Source: Bdellovibrionales bacterium (GTDB lineage Bacteria > Bdellovibrionota > Bdellovibrionia > Bdellovibrionales > CAYMLA01). Taken from it: a stretch of 64,000 nucleotides of DNA. How positions within the stretch are numbered: position 1 is the first letter of the stretch; every line of letters starts with the position of its first letter. The stretch lies in contig OZ244239.1 of the NCBI GenBank assembly GCA_965217115.1, forward strand, positions 224,001 through 288,000, read 5' to 3'. The notes beneath the pieces are model-generated. The model did not search any database. It was not told the origin of the DNA and saw only the letters and a program-made list of their open reading frames with translations. This document shows, one piece after another, positions 9,250 to 18,646 of this stretch. A program made the position numbers and the translations under genes.

Positions 9250-11475
9250 CTAAGAGATCATACGAATCACGTTGATAACCCCTCTGATTTTCTGCAATTC
9301 ATAAATAGTTTTATTTAGTTTTTCTGTATCTCCAATGCCCACATCAAAGATACACACTGCCTTCTTATCTCTGGTTGTCTTCACCTGGGCATTATGAATG
9401 TTACAACCCAACATCGTTAATACATCCGTCATAGATTTCAATAGGCCTTGCAGATCTTGACTCAAAATACGTATACGAACAACTTGTTCAAATCCATGAC
9501 CCCCTATCTCAGTAGACCAATTCACATCTACACGACGTAATAAATCCATTTCAAAAGTTCGCTGACAGTCCACTCGATGAATTGTGATCCCCCTACCTCT
9601 AGTAATAAAACCACTGATCGGATCTCCAGGGATGGGCAGACAACACTTAGCAAAATGCACTAATACATCAGGCATTCCATCGACTTCAATGACGGAGATT
9701 GATTTTCTCTTCTTTCTCGTTGTTGGTTTGAAAACCTTGGATATAAAGGATTCGTTACTCTTCTGGCTCTCTGCAACCCCATCTTCCTTATTTGACGAAA
9801 ACCTCTCTACGATGTGACGAACTTCCATCTTGCCATATCCCACACGACAATATATTTCATCTAAATCATGGGCCCCTTGATCTTTTAAGAAACTCTCTAG
9901 TTTATCACCTTTTAATACTTTAAGAGTCGCTATACCGAGTTTACGGAAATCTTTGTCAACCAAATCACGACCAATTGTCAAAGCACGTCCTCTTTGCTCC
10001 TCCTTAACATGGGCACGTATTTTACTTTTCGCACGATTAGTGACTACAAACTTTAGCCAATCCTTAGAGGGGAGTTGATTCTTATTCGTATGAACTTCAA
10101 CGGTATCACCGTTTTTTAGCTTATGTCGTAAAGACACCATCTTACCATTGACTCTCGCACCAGAACAATGGAGACCAACATCTGTATGAATAGAAAAAGC
10201 AAAATCCACAGGAGATGCATTTTCAGGCAACTCCTTTACATCTCCACTTGGTGTAAAAACATAAATTTCCTGATCAAAGAGGTCTGACTTAACCGTTTCT
10301 AGAAGTTCATCCGAGTCCCCCATTTTCTGGTGCCAAGCAATTAATTCACGCAACCATTCGAAACGAGCAGACTCTATATCACTTGCCCCCTGATTATTGC
10401 CTTCCTTATAACTCCAATGGGCAGCAATTCCCCTCTCTGCCACAAGGTGCATCTCTCCAGTGCGAATTTGAATCTCAATACGCTCACCCTCAGGGCCGAT
10501 CACCGTCGTATGCAAGCTCTGGTAATCATTTCCCTTAGGCATGGCAATGTAATCTTTAATTCTCCCAGGAATAGGCTTCCATAGAGAATGCACTTCCCCC
10601 AAAACCTCATAGCACTCAGGAATCGTATCCACTAGAACACGAAACGCGAGCAGATCATGAACTTGCTCAAATTCTAAATTATCACTAATCATCTTCTGAT
10701 AGACAGAGTGCAAATGTTTCGGACGACCGCTGATCGTAAAATTCATGGGGTGGTTTTTTGAAATGACTTCCCTGAGATGCTGGCAAACATCCTCGATATA
10801 ACGTTCCCTCTCTTTTTTCTTACGATTGATTTTCTGCACTAAATCGTAGTATTGGTCTGGAGAAATATAACGAAAACTCAAATCTTCTAACTCAACCTTT
10901 AAAGAACTAATACCAAAACGGCTGGCCAGAGGTGAATAGATATCTAATGTCTCCTGAGCAATTTGAATTTGCTTATTATAAGGCATGTGATTTAGAGTTC
11001 TCATATTGTGAAGACGATCAGCTAACTTCACCAAAATCACGCGAATGTCTTTACCCATTGCCAGAAGCATCTTACGAATGTTCTCCCCCTGCTTCTCGTG
11101 GGTATTGCGAAAACTAATTTGAGTGATCTTTGTAACTCCATCAACCAAGAGAGCCACACTCTCACCAAACTCTTCTCTAATATCTTCTAAAGTCACATCC
11201 GTGTCTTCCACCGTATCATGTAGCAGACCGGTGATAACCGTCTCATCGTCTAAACGTAAATCAGCCAAAATTCCAGCCACTGATGCTGGATGTGTTAGAT
11301 AGGGAAGGCCACTGCGGCGTGTTTGACCCCTATGAGCTTCTTCTGAAAATTTATAGGCTCTCTGAATCAATTCAAGATTTGTATTGGGATTGCTCTTTTT
11401 TACACGAACGAGCAGTTTTTCAAAAGTCGTCGTATTCTCATCTGATATACCGTAATCTACGATGATATCGCTCAT
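9250..11475 (-). CDS. spoT: Bifunctional (p)ppGpp synthetase/hydrolase (long RSH, Rel/SpoT)
   Basis: HD motif LHDTVED, VKLADRLHNMRTL, RIKDYIAMPK, YQSLHTT, EIQIRT, TGS (TDVGLHC, GARVNG), AKCC..IPGD and ACT domains. Confidence 0.97.
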   Translation of the reverse strand: MSDIIVDYGISDENTTTFEKLLVRVKKSNPNTNLELIQRAYKFSEEAHRGQTRRSGLPYLTHPASVAGILADLRLDDETVITGLLHDTVEDTDVTLEDIREEFGESVALLVDGVTKITQISFRNTHEKQGENIRKMLLAMGKDIRVILVKLADRLHNMRTLNHMPYNKQIQIAQETLDIYSPLASRFGISSLKVELEDLSFRYISPDQYYDLVQKINRKKKERERYIEDVCQHLREVISKNHPMNFTISGRPKHLHSVYQKMISDNLEFEQVHDLLAFRVLVDTIPECYEVLGEVHSLWKPIPGRIKDYIAMPKGNDYQSLHTTVIGPEGERIEIQIRTGEMHLVAERGIAAHWSYKEGNNQGASDIESARFEWLRELIAWHQKMGDSDELLETVKSDLFDQEIYVFTPSGDVKELPENASPVDFAFSIHTDVGLHCSGARVNGKMVSLRHKLKNGDTVEVHTNKNQLPSKDWLKFVVTNRAKSKIRAHVKEEQRGRALTIGRDLVDKDFRKLGIATLKVLKGDKLESFLKDQGAHDLDEIYCRVGYGKMEVRHIVERFSSNKEDGVAESQKSNESFISKVFKPTTRKKRKSISVIEVDGMPDVLVHFAKCCLPIPGDPISGFITRGRGITIHRVDCQRTFEMDLLRRVDVNWSTEIGGHGFEQVVRIRILSQDLQGLLKSMTDVLTMLGCNIHNAQVKTTRDKKAVCIFDVGIGDTEKLNKTIYELQKIRGVINVIRMIS

Positions 11476-11526
11476 ACTCGATTCACTTCCTATCCATGAG
11501 CTAAAAAACTCAATAACTATAGAGTG

Positions 11527-11553
11527 TTATCGGCTATTACCAGAAATTTTTAA
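11527..11553 (-). promoter_or_regulatory. Sigma28 (FliA)-like promoter for rel/spoT
   Basis: Minus strand TTAA-N15-GCCGATAA with a perfect -10 box, about 50 nt upstream of the spoT start. Confidence 0.6.
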
Positions 11554-11555
11554 AT

Positions 11556-11588
11556 AAAAAAAAAGACCCGCCAAAAGTCGAGTCTTTT
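11556..11588 (-). terminator. Intrinsic terminator after rpoZ
   Basis: Minus strand AAAAGACUCG-ACUUUUGG-CGGGUCUUUUUUUUU. Confidence 0.75.
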
Positions 11589-11624
11589 ATGTCTCTTTAA
11601 AAATTAAACCTCTCTACTGAGAAA

Positions 11625-11864
11625 TCACCTGTTCAGTTCTGCTTCAATCTGGACCTGTGCTGTTCCCTGGGCCAAATTATAATCATAACCCACATGGCCA
11701 GCCGCCACTTCCCGTAGAGAAGAGACAATGTACTTGTTTTTCTTAGCTGCAATTGTCAAATCAGCCCCTTTTAAGAGCTGCTTTGTACGACGGGACACCA
11801 AAAGAACCAACTCGAAACGATTATTAACTCCATCTAAGCAATCTTCCACTGTTACGCGAGCCAT
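11625..11864 (-). CDS. rpoZ: RNA polymerase omega subunit
   Basis: [28 protein letters not shown]. Lies between gmk and spoT. Confidence 0.97.
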   Translation of the reverse strand: MARVTVEDCLDGVNNRFELVLLVSRRTKQLLKGADLTIAAKKNKYIVSSLREVAAGHVGYDYNLAQGTAQVQIEAELNR

Positions 11865-11900
11865 CTCTTCTCCCCAAGAATTTATTTAACGAGTTACTTT

Positions 11901-12467
11901 CTACCCTCTTCCCAGGGATTTTTCAATCACTTTTTTAAGCTGTCCATAGGCCACATCAAAGTCATCATTGATAATCTGATGATCAAATTGATCGGCCAGA
12001 GTCATCTCTTTTTTCGCATTCTTTAAACGAATATCTAAGTCCTCTGGCAATTTATCGTCGCGATGCGCAATTCTCTTAAGAAGCTCTTCAATGGATGGAG
12101 GAAGAATGAAAATTGATAGTGCATCTGGATATTTAGCCTTAAAAGTTTCAGCTCCTTGAACATCCACATCCATGATCGCTGTCTTTCCTAAAGCGATAAT
12201 ATCGTCAATTTGATGCTTGGGAGTTCCGTACAAATTGCTGTGAACATTAGCCCATTCAACAAAGTAATCTTCAGAGATCAACTGTTTAAATTTTTCCTGA
12301 TTTACAAAATGATAGGGAAAACCTTCCCTCTCTTTTTGACGCATCTCTCGCGTGGTGTACGTCACTGTATCCACTAATTGTTCAGAAAAATCCTTCAGAG
12401 TTTTTTCAAGGAAACTACTTTTGCCTGCGCCGCTAGGGGCGGCTATAATGATCATCGAAATACTCAT
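11901..12467 (-). CDS. gmk: Guanylate kinase
   Basis: APSGAGKS P-loop, YTTR.MR..E..G..YHFV, FVEWANVHSNLYGT, DVDVQGA, FILPPS. Confidence 0.97.
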   Translation of the reverse strand: MSISMIIIAAPSGAGKSSFLEKTLKDFSEQLVDTVTYTTREMRQKEREGFPYHFVNQEKFKQLISEDYFVEWANVHSNLYGTPKHQIDDIIALGKTAIMDVDVQGAETFKAKYPDALSIFILPPSIEELLKRIAHRDDKLPEDLDIRLKNAKKEMTLADQFDHQIINDDFDVAYGQLKKVIEKSLGRG

Positions 12468-13351
12468 TCTACGTTCTGCACCTGTTCACGAACTCTCTCC
12501 ACTATAGTTTTAGCTTCTACCACCAATTGAGTCAACTCAGGCACTTGGGATTTAGAGCCAATCGTATTGACTTCGCGTAAAAGTTCCTGGGTGTAAAAAT
12601 CCAGTTTCTTCCCCTGAACCCTCTCGCCCATCATGAACTTCTTAAAAACTTTAATATGCTCCTTCAGGCGAACCAATTCTTCACAGATATCTACCTTATC
12701 AATCTGTATGACGACTTCCTGGGCAAGCCTCTGTGGATCAATATCTGAAGGGGCGCCTAATTTTTCTAATCGCTTCAAATAACGTGCTTTCAACTTATCA
12801 TTAGCTTCCCCACGGTATTTCTCAATGCCCTTAAGTACGCACTCTAATTCTAATAACTGACCTTGCAATTCTGATCTCAGGGCCTTCCCCTCACGTTTTC
12901 TCTCCTGACAACACTTCTTCAACGCTTGATTAAACACTTTTAGAAATTCTCTCTTCTCACCGGGGGAAGCCTGTAGGGATTCATCCACAGAAATGACTCC
13001 TGAAACTCCCTCTAACAGAGTCGACATCGTTAAATCATTCTCTAAATTCAATTCTCTACCCATACTCCTGTAGGCTTTTATCCATTTAGAAGCCAACTCT
13101 ACTTTAGGTGTGATCTTTAAATCTTTATTCGTCGCTGTTTTACGTCTCTGCACATAGACATCTACTGTGCCACGGCGAATAACTCCCTGAAGAATTTTCT
13201 TAATATCAGATTCAAAACTCACATACTCGCGGGGAGCGTGACAGCGCATCTCAAAAAAGCGCCCATTCACTGATTTAACGCTGATTTCAAAATTTAAACT
13301 CTCTTGTCTGTGTCTGGCCACACCATAACCAGTCATACTATTCATGATCAT
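12464..13351 (-). CDS. yicC: YicC/YloC family endoribonuclease
   Basis: SMTGYG, SVKSVNGRF, EELVRL..H, GKKLDFYTQELLREVNTIGSK, REQVQNVE. Confidence 0.95.
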   Translation of the reverse strand: MIMNSMTGYGVARHRQESLNFEISVKSVNGRFFEMRCHAPREYVSFESDIKKILQGVIRRGTVDVYVQRRKTATNKDLKITPKVELASKWIKAYRSMGRELNLENDLTMSTLLEGVSGVISVDESLQASPGEKREFLKVFNQALKKCCQERKREGKALRSELQGQLLELECVLKGIEKYRGEANDKLKARYLKRLEKLGAPSDIDPQRLAQEVVIQIDKVDICEELVRLKEHIKVFKKFMMGERVQGKKLDFYTQELLREVNTIGSKSQVPELTQLVVEAKTIVERVREQVQNVE

Positions 13352-14267
13352 TCTCTCCTATATAAGCCAATACCTTTTCCATTTTTTGTGAGGAATCAAA
13401 CCAACAGATATCCTTGTCTCGCTTAAACCAAGTCATCTGCCTTTTGGCAAAACTCATTGTATTCTTCACAATCTCATCCACCAATTCTGTCTTCTGTATC
13501 CTACCCTCTAAATAGGCCTGTGTCTCTTTGTAACCAACACTTTTCATAGGCGCCCACTGAGACAATCCCTGCTCACGAAGGTCTTGCACCTCTTCAATCA
13601 AGCCCTGTTTGAGCATTTCCTGGGCCCTCTGCCTCACCCGTGAACGTAAAACATCCCTATCCACCCTCAAGCCAATCTTTCTGATCGGCCACGGAAGTGG
13701 CTCTTCTTTAAAGTCCCTCTGGATCTGCCCCATGGTTTTTCCCAAGGTTCGAATCAATTCTAGGGCCCGTTGTATACGGTAGCTATCGTTGCCTCCGATC
13801 TTCTGTGCATAATCAGGGTCTTTACTGAGTAATTCTCTATAGAGCTCTGGCAATAATCCCTCAGATATCTGTCTCTGTATGTCCTGGCTCACACTCTCAG
13901 AAATCTCTGGAACGTTGAACATTCCCTTTTCTAAAGCCAGGAAATAAAACCCTGTCCCCCCTGTGACAAAGACCGATGGGACTTGGGATGAAAAACACTT
14001 TTCTAAAACCAGTAGAGAGTCCCTTCGATATTTACCAGCAGTGTATTTTTCTGGAGCTTTAACATGACCTAATAGATGATGCTTTGCTCTTAATAGTTGT
14101 TCTGGACTAGGTCTGGCTGAACCAATGTTAACTTTTTCATAGACTTGGACGCTATCACAATTCAATACCTCCCCCGAAAATTCTTCACAGGCTCTTATAG
14201 ATAAGATTGTTTTACCTGATCCTGTCGGTCCCACTAAAAAAAAAAGCCGTCCAGAGGAGTGACTCAT
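13338..14267 (-). CDS. miaA: tRNA dimethylallyltransferase
   Basis: GPTGSGKT, DSVQVY...IGSARP, GGTGFY, RIQRALE, SVGYKE, FAKRQMTWF. Confidence 0.96.
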   Translation of the reverse strand: MSHSSGRLFFLVGPTGSGKTILSIRACEEFSGEVLNCDSVQVYEKVNIGSARPSPEQLLRAKHHLLGHVKAPEKYTAGKYRRDSLLVLEKCFSSQVPSVFVTGGTGFYFLALEKGMFNVPEISESVSQDIQRQISEGLLPELYRELLSKDPDYAQKIGGNDSYRIQRALELIRTLGKTMGQIQRDFKEEPLPWPIRKIGLRVDRDVLRSRVRQRAQEMLKQGLIEEVQDLREQGLSQWAPMKSVGYKETQAYLEGRIQKTELVDEIVKNTMSFAKRQMTWFKRDKDICWFDSSQKMEKVLAYIGENDHE

Positions 14268-16136
14268 TTAGACAAGTCGTCCAAAATCCCGTTCCATCTC
14301 TTGAAAAGGGTACTCCACATAAACAGGACGCCCGTGGGGACAAAAGCTAGAGGTGGGAAATAAATCCATCTGCTCTAATAAACTCTGCATCTCTTCTCTG
14401 CTCAAGGCCTGGCCTGCACGAATCACTGAATGACAAGCCAGTGTCGCACAGGTATCAATGATCACTTTTTCCATCAAAAAGCTTCCGCCTTCATCTAAAA
14501 TTTTATGGGATAATTGACTGATGGTCTTGGCCAGAGGGCCATCTTTAATTAATACAGGACCTCCCTTAACTCCCACCGTTGCTGGTCCCATCGCCTCTAT
14601 GTGAATACCCAATTTGGCAAGAGCCTCTTTTTGAGTGAACAGTGCTTCCACTTGATCCTCTGGAAGATCTATTGTGAGAGGAAAGAGAAATTCCTGCACA
14701 TCAACATCCCCCCCCTTCCAAGCCGCCATCAAACTCTCAAAAGCCACTCTCTCATGGGCTGCATGTTGGTCAACCAGAACCAATCCACGACGGGATTGGG
14801 CCACAATATATGTTAAATTCGCCTGACCCAAAACCTGCAAGTCCGACCAATAGGCCTTCTGCGTCCCGCCCCCTTGTGACACCAAAGGTGGGGACTGATT
14901 CCGGTGTGTTTTTTCCATTGGATATTCCACTGAAGATTTCACTGAAAAATCCACTGAAGATTCCACTGAAGGGTCCATTGACCCCCCTTCTGATTGCTTT
15001 TCCGATAGCCCCTGAGTTGTTGAAAATTCTTTCTGAGCAAACTGGGTTCGTTCAAACTCTTGGGCCCTAAACTCCAATGAACTCTCTTGCTGTTCTGTTT
15101 TTTTAGGAAGAGGTGAATAGGGCTTAACTCCTAAACCTTCACCTAAAACATCTTCTAGCCATGGTGCTTTTTCTAAACTCTCCCTCAAAGCTCCTTGCAC
15201 GGCGCGAAAAGCTGATTGCCCATCACGAAACTTAATTTGAGATTTTGTTGGATGAATGTTTACGTCTATCTCTTGTGGTGAACACTCCACCCACACTGAA
15301 CAAATAGGAAATTCTCCATGCATCAATAAACTGCGATGGGCTTCAAGCACCGCGGCTTGTAAACTTCTGTCCTGCACCCAACGTCTTTGAACAAAGAGCC
15401 AAATGTTCTTACGAGTGCGAAATGTATTATTTGGAGAACCAAAAACAACATAGGCTTTTATTCCATTGCGCTCAGCCTCTCCAATGTACATCTTATCTTG
15501 GCCCAAGATCTGCTCGACTCTCTTCTTGAGACTCTCCATGGCAGGCCAATAATAAACTAACTTCCCCTTACTGCGCAGGCGAAAACTCACTTTGTGATTG
15601 GATAGGGCTAAGGCCTTTAAAACATCTTTAATAGCGCCACTCTCTGCCACATCAGACTTTAAAAATTTCAATCTTGCCGGGACATTTGAGAAGAGTTCAC
15701 TCACCTCTATGGTCGTCCCTTGGCTTCCACCCACTTTAACCACGTCGGATTTCTCACCAAAAGCGCTCATCATACGTTGGGCATTGTCGCTGCCCTCTAT
15801 TCGAGAAGTGATCGACAGTCGGCACACAGCCGAAATAGTTGCCAAGGCCTCTCCACGAAAACCAAATGAATTTAATGACCACAGATCAGAGGAGTGACGG
15901 ATCTTACTTGTCGCATGCCGTGCTAATGCCAGCTCTAACTCAGAGCCTTTAATACCCATGCCATTATCGGTCACTAATACATAGCGACCACCCTGTTCAA
16001 ATTCCACATCGATCTCAGTGCTTCCTGCGTCGATGCTATTTTCAACCAGCTCTTTAACCAAATGGGCAGGCCTTTCCACCACCTCACCAGCAGCAATCTG
16101 ATCCACCACTTCACTATCTAGTCTCTGAATTTCCAT
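14268..16136 (-). CDS. mutL: DNA mismatch repair endonuclease MutL
   Basis: IAAGEVVERP, ELVENSIDAG, HATSKI, GFRGEAL, DQHAAHER endonuclease motif, ACH, CPHGRP. Confidence 0.98.
   Translation of the reverse strand: MEIQRLDSEVVDQIAAGEVVERPAHLVKELVENSIDAGSTEIDVEFEQGGRYVLVTDNGMGIKGSELELALARHATSKIRHSSDLWSLNSFGFRGEALATISAVCRLSITSRIEGSDNAQRMMSAFGEKSDVVKVGGSQGTTIEVSELFSNVPARLKFLKSDVAESGAIKDVLKALALSNHKVSFRLRSKGKLVYYWPAMESLKKRVEQILGQDKMYIGEAERNGIKAYVVFGSPNNTFRTRKNIWLFVQRRWVQDRSLQAAVLEAHRSLLMHGEFPICSVWVECSPQEIDVNIHPTKSQIKFRDGQSAFRAVQGALRESLEKAPWLEDVLGEGLGVKPYSPLPKKTEQQESSLEFRAQEFERTQFAQKEFSTTQGLSEKQSEGGSMDPSVESSVDFSVKSSVEYPMEKTHRNQSPPLVSQGGGTQKAYWSDLQVLGQANLTYIVAQSRRGLVLVDQHAAHERVAFESLMAAWKGGDVDVQEFLFPLTIDLPEDQVEALFTQKEALAKLGIHIEAMGPATVGVKGGPVLIKDGPLAKTISQLSHKILDEGGSFLMEKVIIDTCATLACHSVIRAGQALSREEMQSLLEQMDLFPTSSFCPHGRPVYVEYPFQEMERDFGRLV
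14914..14985. repeat. In-frame 12-bp degenerate tandem repeat (about 6 copies, TCCACTGAAGAT) in the MutL linker
   Basis: Units at 14914, 14926, 14938, 14950, 14962 and 14974. Encodes GSMDPSVESSVDFSVKSSVEYPME. Confidence 0.85.
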
Positions 16137-16238
16137 ACAGGGTAAAGGGATAACCAGAAGGGGGACTTAAGTCAAAAAAACCCCTTCATAGTTACGGAAT
16201 GGGCCATTTTGATGCGCAGTGCCTTTTTTTTGTAAACT

Positions 16239-16265
16239 TTAAGGAATTCTGAGAAGGACCGATAA
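16239..16265 (+). promoter_or_regulatory. Sigma28 (FliA)-like promoter for the DHH phosphoesterase
   Basis: TTAA-N15-ACCGATAA, about 37 nt upstream of start 16303. Confidence 0.55.
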
Positions 16266-16302
16266 GTCCTTGTAAGCTTCACCAACTGTAGAGGTCCCCT
16301 AT

Positions 16303-17295
16303 TTGAAAGCACTCAGTCAAAAAATTCATCAAGCTGACACCCTTATTCTCACAACCCATAAACAATGTGATGGTGATGGACTTGGGGCTGAACTGGCCAT
16401 GTATCATGCTTTAAAAAAAATAGGAAAAGATGTGCGGATTCTCAATGTCGATGGAACTCCTCAAAAATACAGTTTCCTTAACTCAGATCAAATCGTTCAA
16501 TGTTACGATGGACCAATATCTGCTATAGAGCCCACTGATTTAGCCCTTGTTTTTGACACAAATGATTGTCGTCTTATTGAGCCATTATACTCTGTACTAA
16601 AAACCCACTGCAATGAGGTTTTATTCATTGATCATCATCCTCCTTTAAAAAATGGTCCCCAACCAACACAGAGTTCGTGGGTCAATACTCAAGCTGCTAG
16701 TACGGGGGAGATAGCTTTTGACCTTATTAAAGAATTGGGGATAGAGCTCGATAGAGATATCTGTCGTGCTATTTACACAAGCATCGCCTTTGACACACAG
16801 CTCTTCCGCCTCATACGAAACTCTCCACGCAGCCACGAAATAGCTGCAGTCCTTCTAAAATATGATATTAATTCTGATGAAATTCATCGTCGTCTCTTTA
16901 GCGACTACACAACCGAGAAGGTGGCATTCCTCTCCTCCATGCTTTCTAAAATCGAATATTTTTCTAATAAAAAACTCGCCACCTTAGAAATCACTCGGCA
17001 GGATTTTATAAAATACGACGTTAAACCCGAAGACTCTTACGACCTTGTTGATATAATCATGAACATAGAATGTCTCGAAGGCGCTGTTGTCTTTCGGGAA
17101 GAGGCTCCCAATGAATATAAACTTAGCCTCCGCTCTAAAGGACTCTTTCATGTGCACATCATTGCTGAGGAATTCGGCGGCGGCGGTCATAAACACGCTT
17201 CTGGAGCTTATACTAAAGGGACCTACAAGGACCTAAGAGATTCTCTCATTGAAAAAATGCTTGGCCTCTTAAATGACAAAGATCAATCTGCTTGA
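16303..17295 (+). CDS. nrnA: DHH/DHHA1 phosphoesterase (nanoRNase/pAp phosphatase NrnA-like)
   Basis: H...DGDGLG, FDT, IDHH, ASTGE, DT..F, LSLRS, GGGGH..ASG. Confidence 0.88.
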   Translation: MKALSQKIHQADTLILTTHKQCDGDGLGAELAMYHALKKIGKDVRILNVDGTPQKYSFLNSDQIVQCYDGPISAIEPTDLALVFDTNDCRLIEPLYSVLKTHCNEVLFIDHHPPLKNGPQPTQSSWVNTQAASTGEIAFDLIKELGIELDRDICRAIYTSIAFDTQLFRLIRNSPRSHEIAAVLLKYDINSDEIHRRLFSDYTTEKVAFLSSMLSKIEYFSNKKLATLEITRQDFIKYDVKPEDSYDLVDIIMNIECLEGAVVFREEAPNEYKLSLRSKGLFHVHIIAEEFGGGGHKHASGAYTKGTYKDLRDSLIEKMLGLLNDKDQSA

Positions 17296-17300
17296 ACTTC

Positions 17301-17588
17301 TTAATGATTTAACAATTTATGTGCCTGTTTAAGAACACTCAAGCGGCCTTTTTCCACATCACTCTCACCACTGTACAAAAGCTCTCTTTTCATCGCATTT
17401 AAAGTCGCCTTGACCTCAGAAGACGGACGACCTAAATGGCGCTCCATCTCTTCAATATCTAAACCCACGCGACGCTTAAAATCTCCATAGTCTTTCTTTG
17501 ATAGCATCTCAACATCATTAATAAATTTCTTTAACGCTTTTTTAGACTCCACTAGAGACCTCCATTGGCAATCATTTATTTCTGTCAT
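17301..17588 (-). CDS. Small hypothetical protein
   Basis: 95-aa ORF whose ATG overlaps the stop of the ABC ATPase (TAATG), suggesting translational coupling. No family recognised. Confidence 0.6.
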   Translation of the reverse strand: MTEINDCQWRSLVESKKALKKFINDVEMLSKKDYGDFKRRVGLDIEEMERHLGRPSSEVKATLNAMKRELLYSGESDVEKGRLSVLKQAHKLLNH

Positions 17589-18646
17589 TAACCCATAAAA
17601 GCCGTTGGCTGTCTTCTACGGGGGACAAATTCCACTGAAACCTTTGAACCTATGGTAGGAATTTCTCCATGGCTATGGCCTATAAGATTATCGCCATTTT
17701 CCAAACTAACCTCAAATATCATATGTGAACCTCGGTAATTAATAGCCTTTATTAAACCTTCAGTTCCACCGGTTTCTGATAAAACAACATTCTCAGGGCG
17801 TAACATCACGTCTACGTTATCATCATTTGAAAAAGACACCACCGATTGGCAACGTATCTCTCCCAACTCCGTATTAATAATGCAAACTCCCTCGGCATCC
17901 TTTTGACAAAAACTCCCTTTTAACCAACTTGTTGTACCTACAAAATCAGCCACAAAACGATCCACGGGGTTTTCATAGAGTTCCACAGGAAAATCCACCT
18001 GCACAACTCTTCCATTACGCAAAATAGCAATGCGATCTGCAAAATCAAAGGCTTCCTCTTGAGAGTGACTAACCATAACTGTTGTTATCTTCAACTCTCG
18101 CAATATTTTCTTCACTTCATAGAGTAGACTCTTCTTTAACTCCGGATCTAGATTAGAAAAGGGTTCATCCATCAATAGAATTTTTGGCTGACGAACCAAT
18201 GCTCTGACCAGAGCCACACGCTGTTGCTCCCCACCTGAGAGTTGGTGGGGGTATTGCTTCAAGTGTTCCTTTAAGCCTATGAGATTCATTAATTGGGAGA
18301 AAACCTTCTCGACCTCTGGCTGGGAGGACTTATCTATGCCAAAGACGATATTCTCCCTGACCGTCATGTGTGGAAATAGGGCATAATTTTGAAAGATAAG
18401 CCCCACCTCCCTCTCCTCCGCAGGTAAGTGCTCTGTAGATGATGAAACACATTTCTCCCCCAAATAAATACACCCACTACCCGCCTTTTCTAGTCCCGCA
18501 ATTAAACGCAGCAGAGTCGTTTTGCCGCAACCACTTGGACCCAGAATAGTAAATAATTCTCCTGCTCTAACTTTAAAAGAAATATCGTTTAAGATAGAAT
18601 GTCCCTCTATCTCATAACTGACATCTTCTATGATAATATCTTTCAA
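17588..18646 (-). CDS. fbpC: Fe3+ ABC transporter ATP-binding subunit (FbpC/AfuC-like)
   Basis: GPSGCGKT, FQNYALFPH, LSGGEQQR, LMDEPFSNLD, TOBE-like C-terminus. Operon context. Confidence 0.85.
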   Translation of the reverse strand: MKDIIIEDVSYEIEGHSILNDISFKVRAGELFTILGPSGCGKTTLLRLIAGLEKAGSGCIYLGEKCVSSSTEHLPAEEREVGLIFQNYALFPHMTVRENIVFGIDKSSQPEVEKVFSQLMNLIGLKEHLKQYPHQLSGGEQQRVALVRALVRQPKILLMDEPFSNLDPELKKSLLYEVKKILRELKITTVMVSHSQEEAFDFADRIAILRNGRVVQVDFPVELYENPVDRFVADFVGTTSWLKGSFCQKDAEGVCIINTELGEIRCQSVVSFSNDDNVDVMLRPENVVLSETGGTEGLIKAINYRGSHMIFEVSLENGDNLIGHSHGEIPTIGSKVSVEFVPRRRQPTAFMG

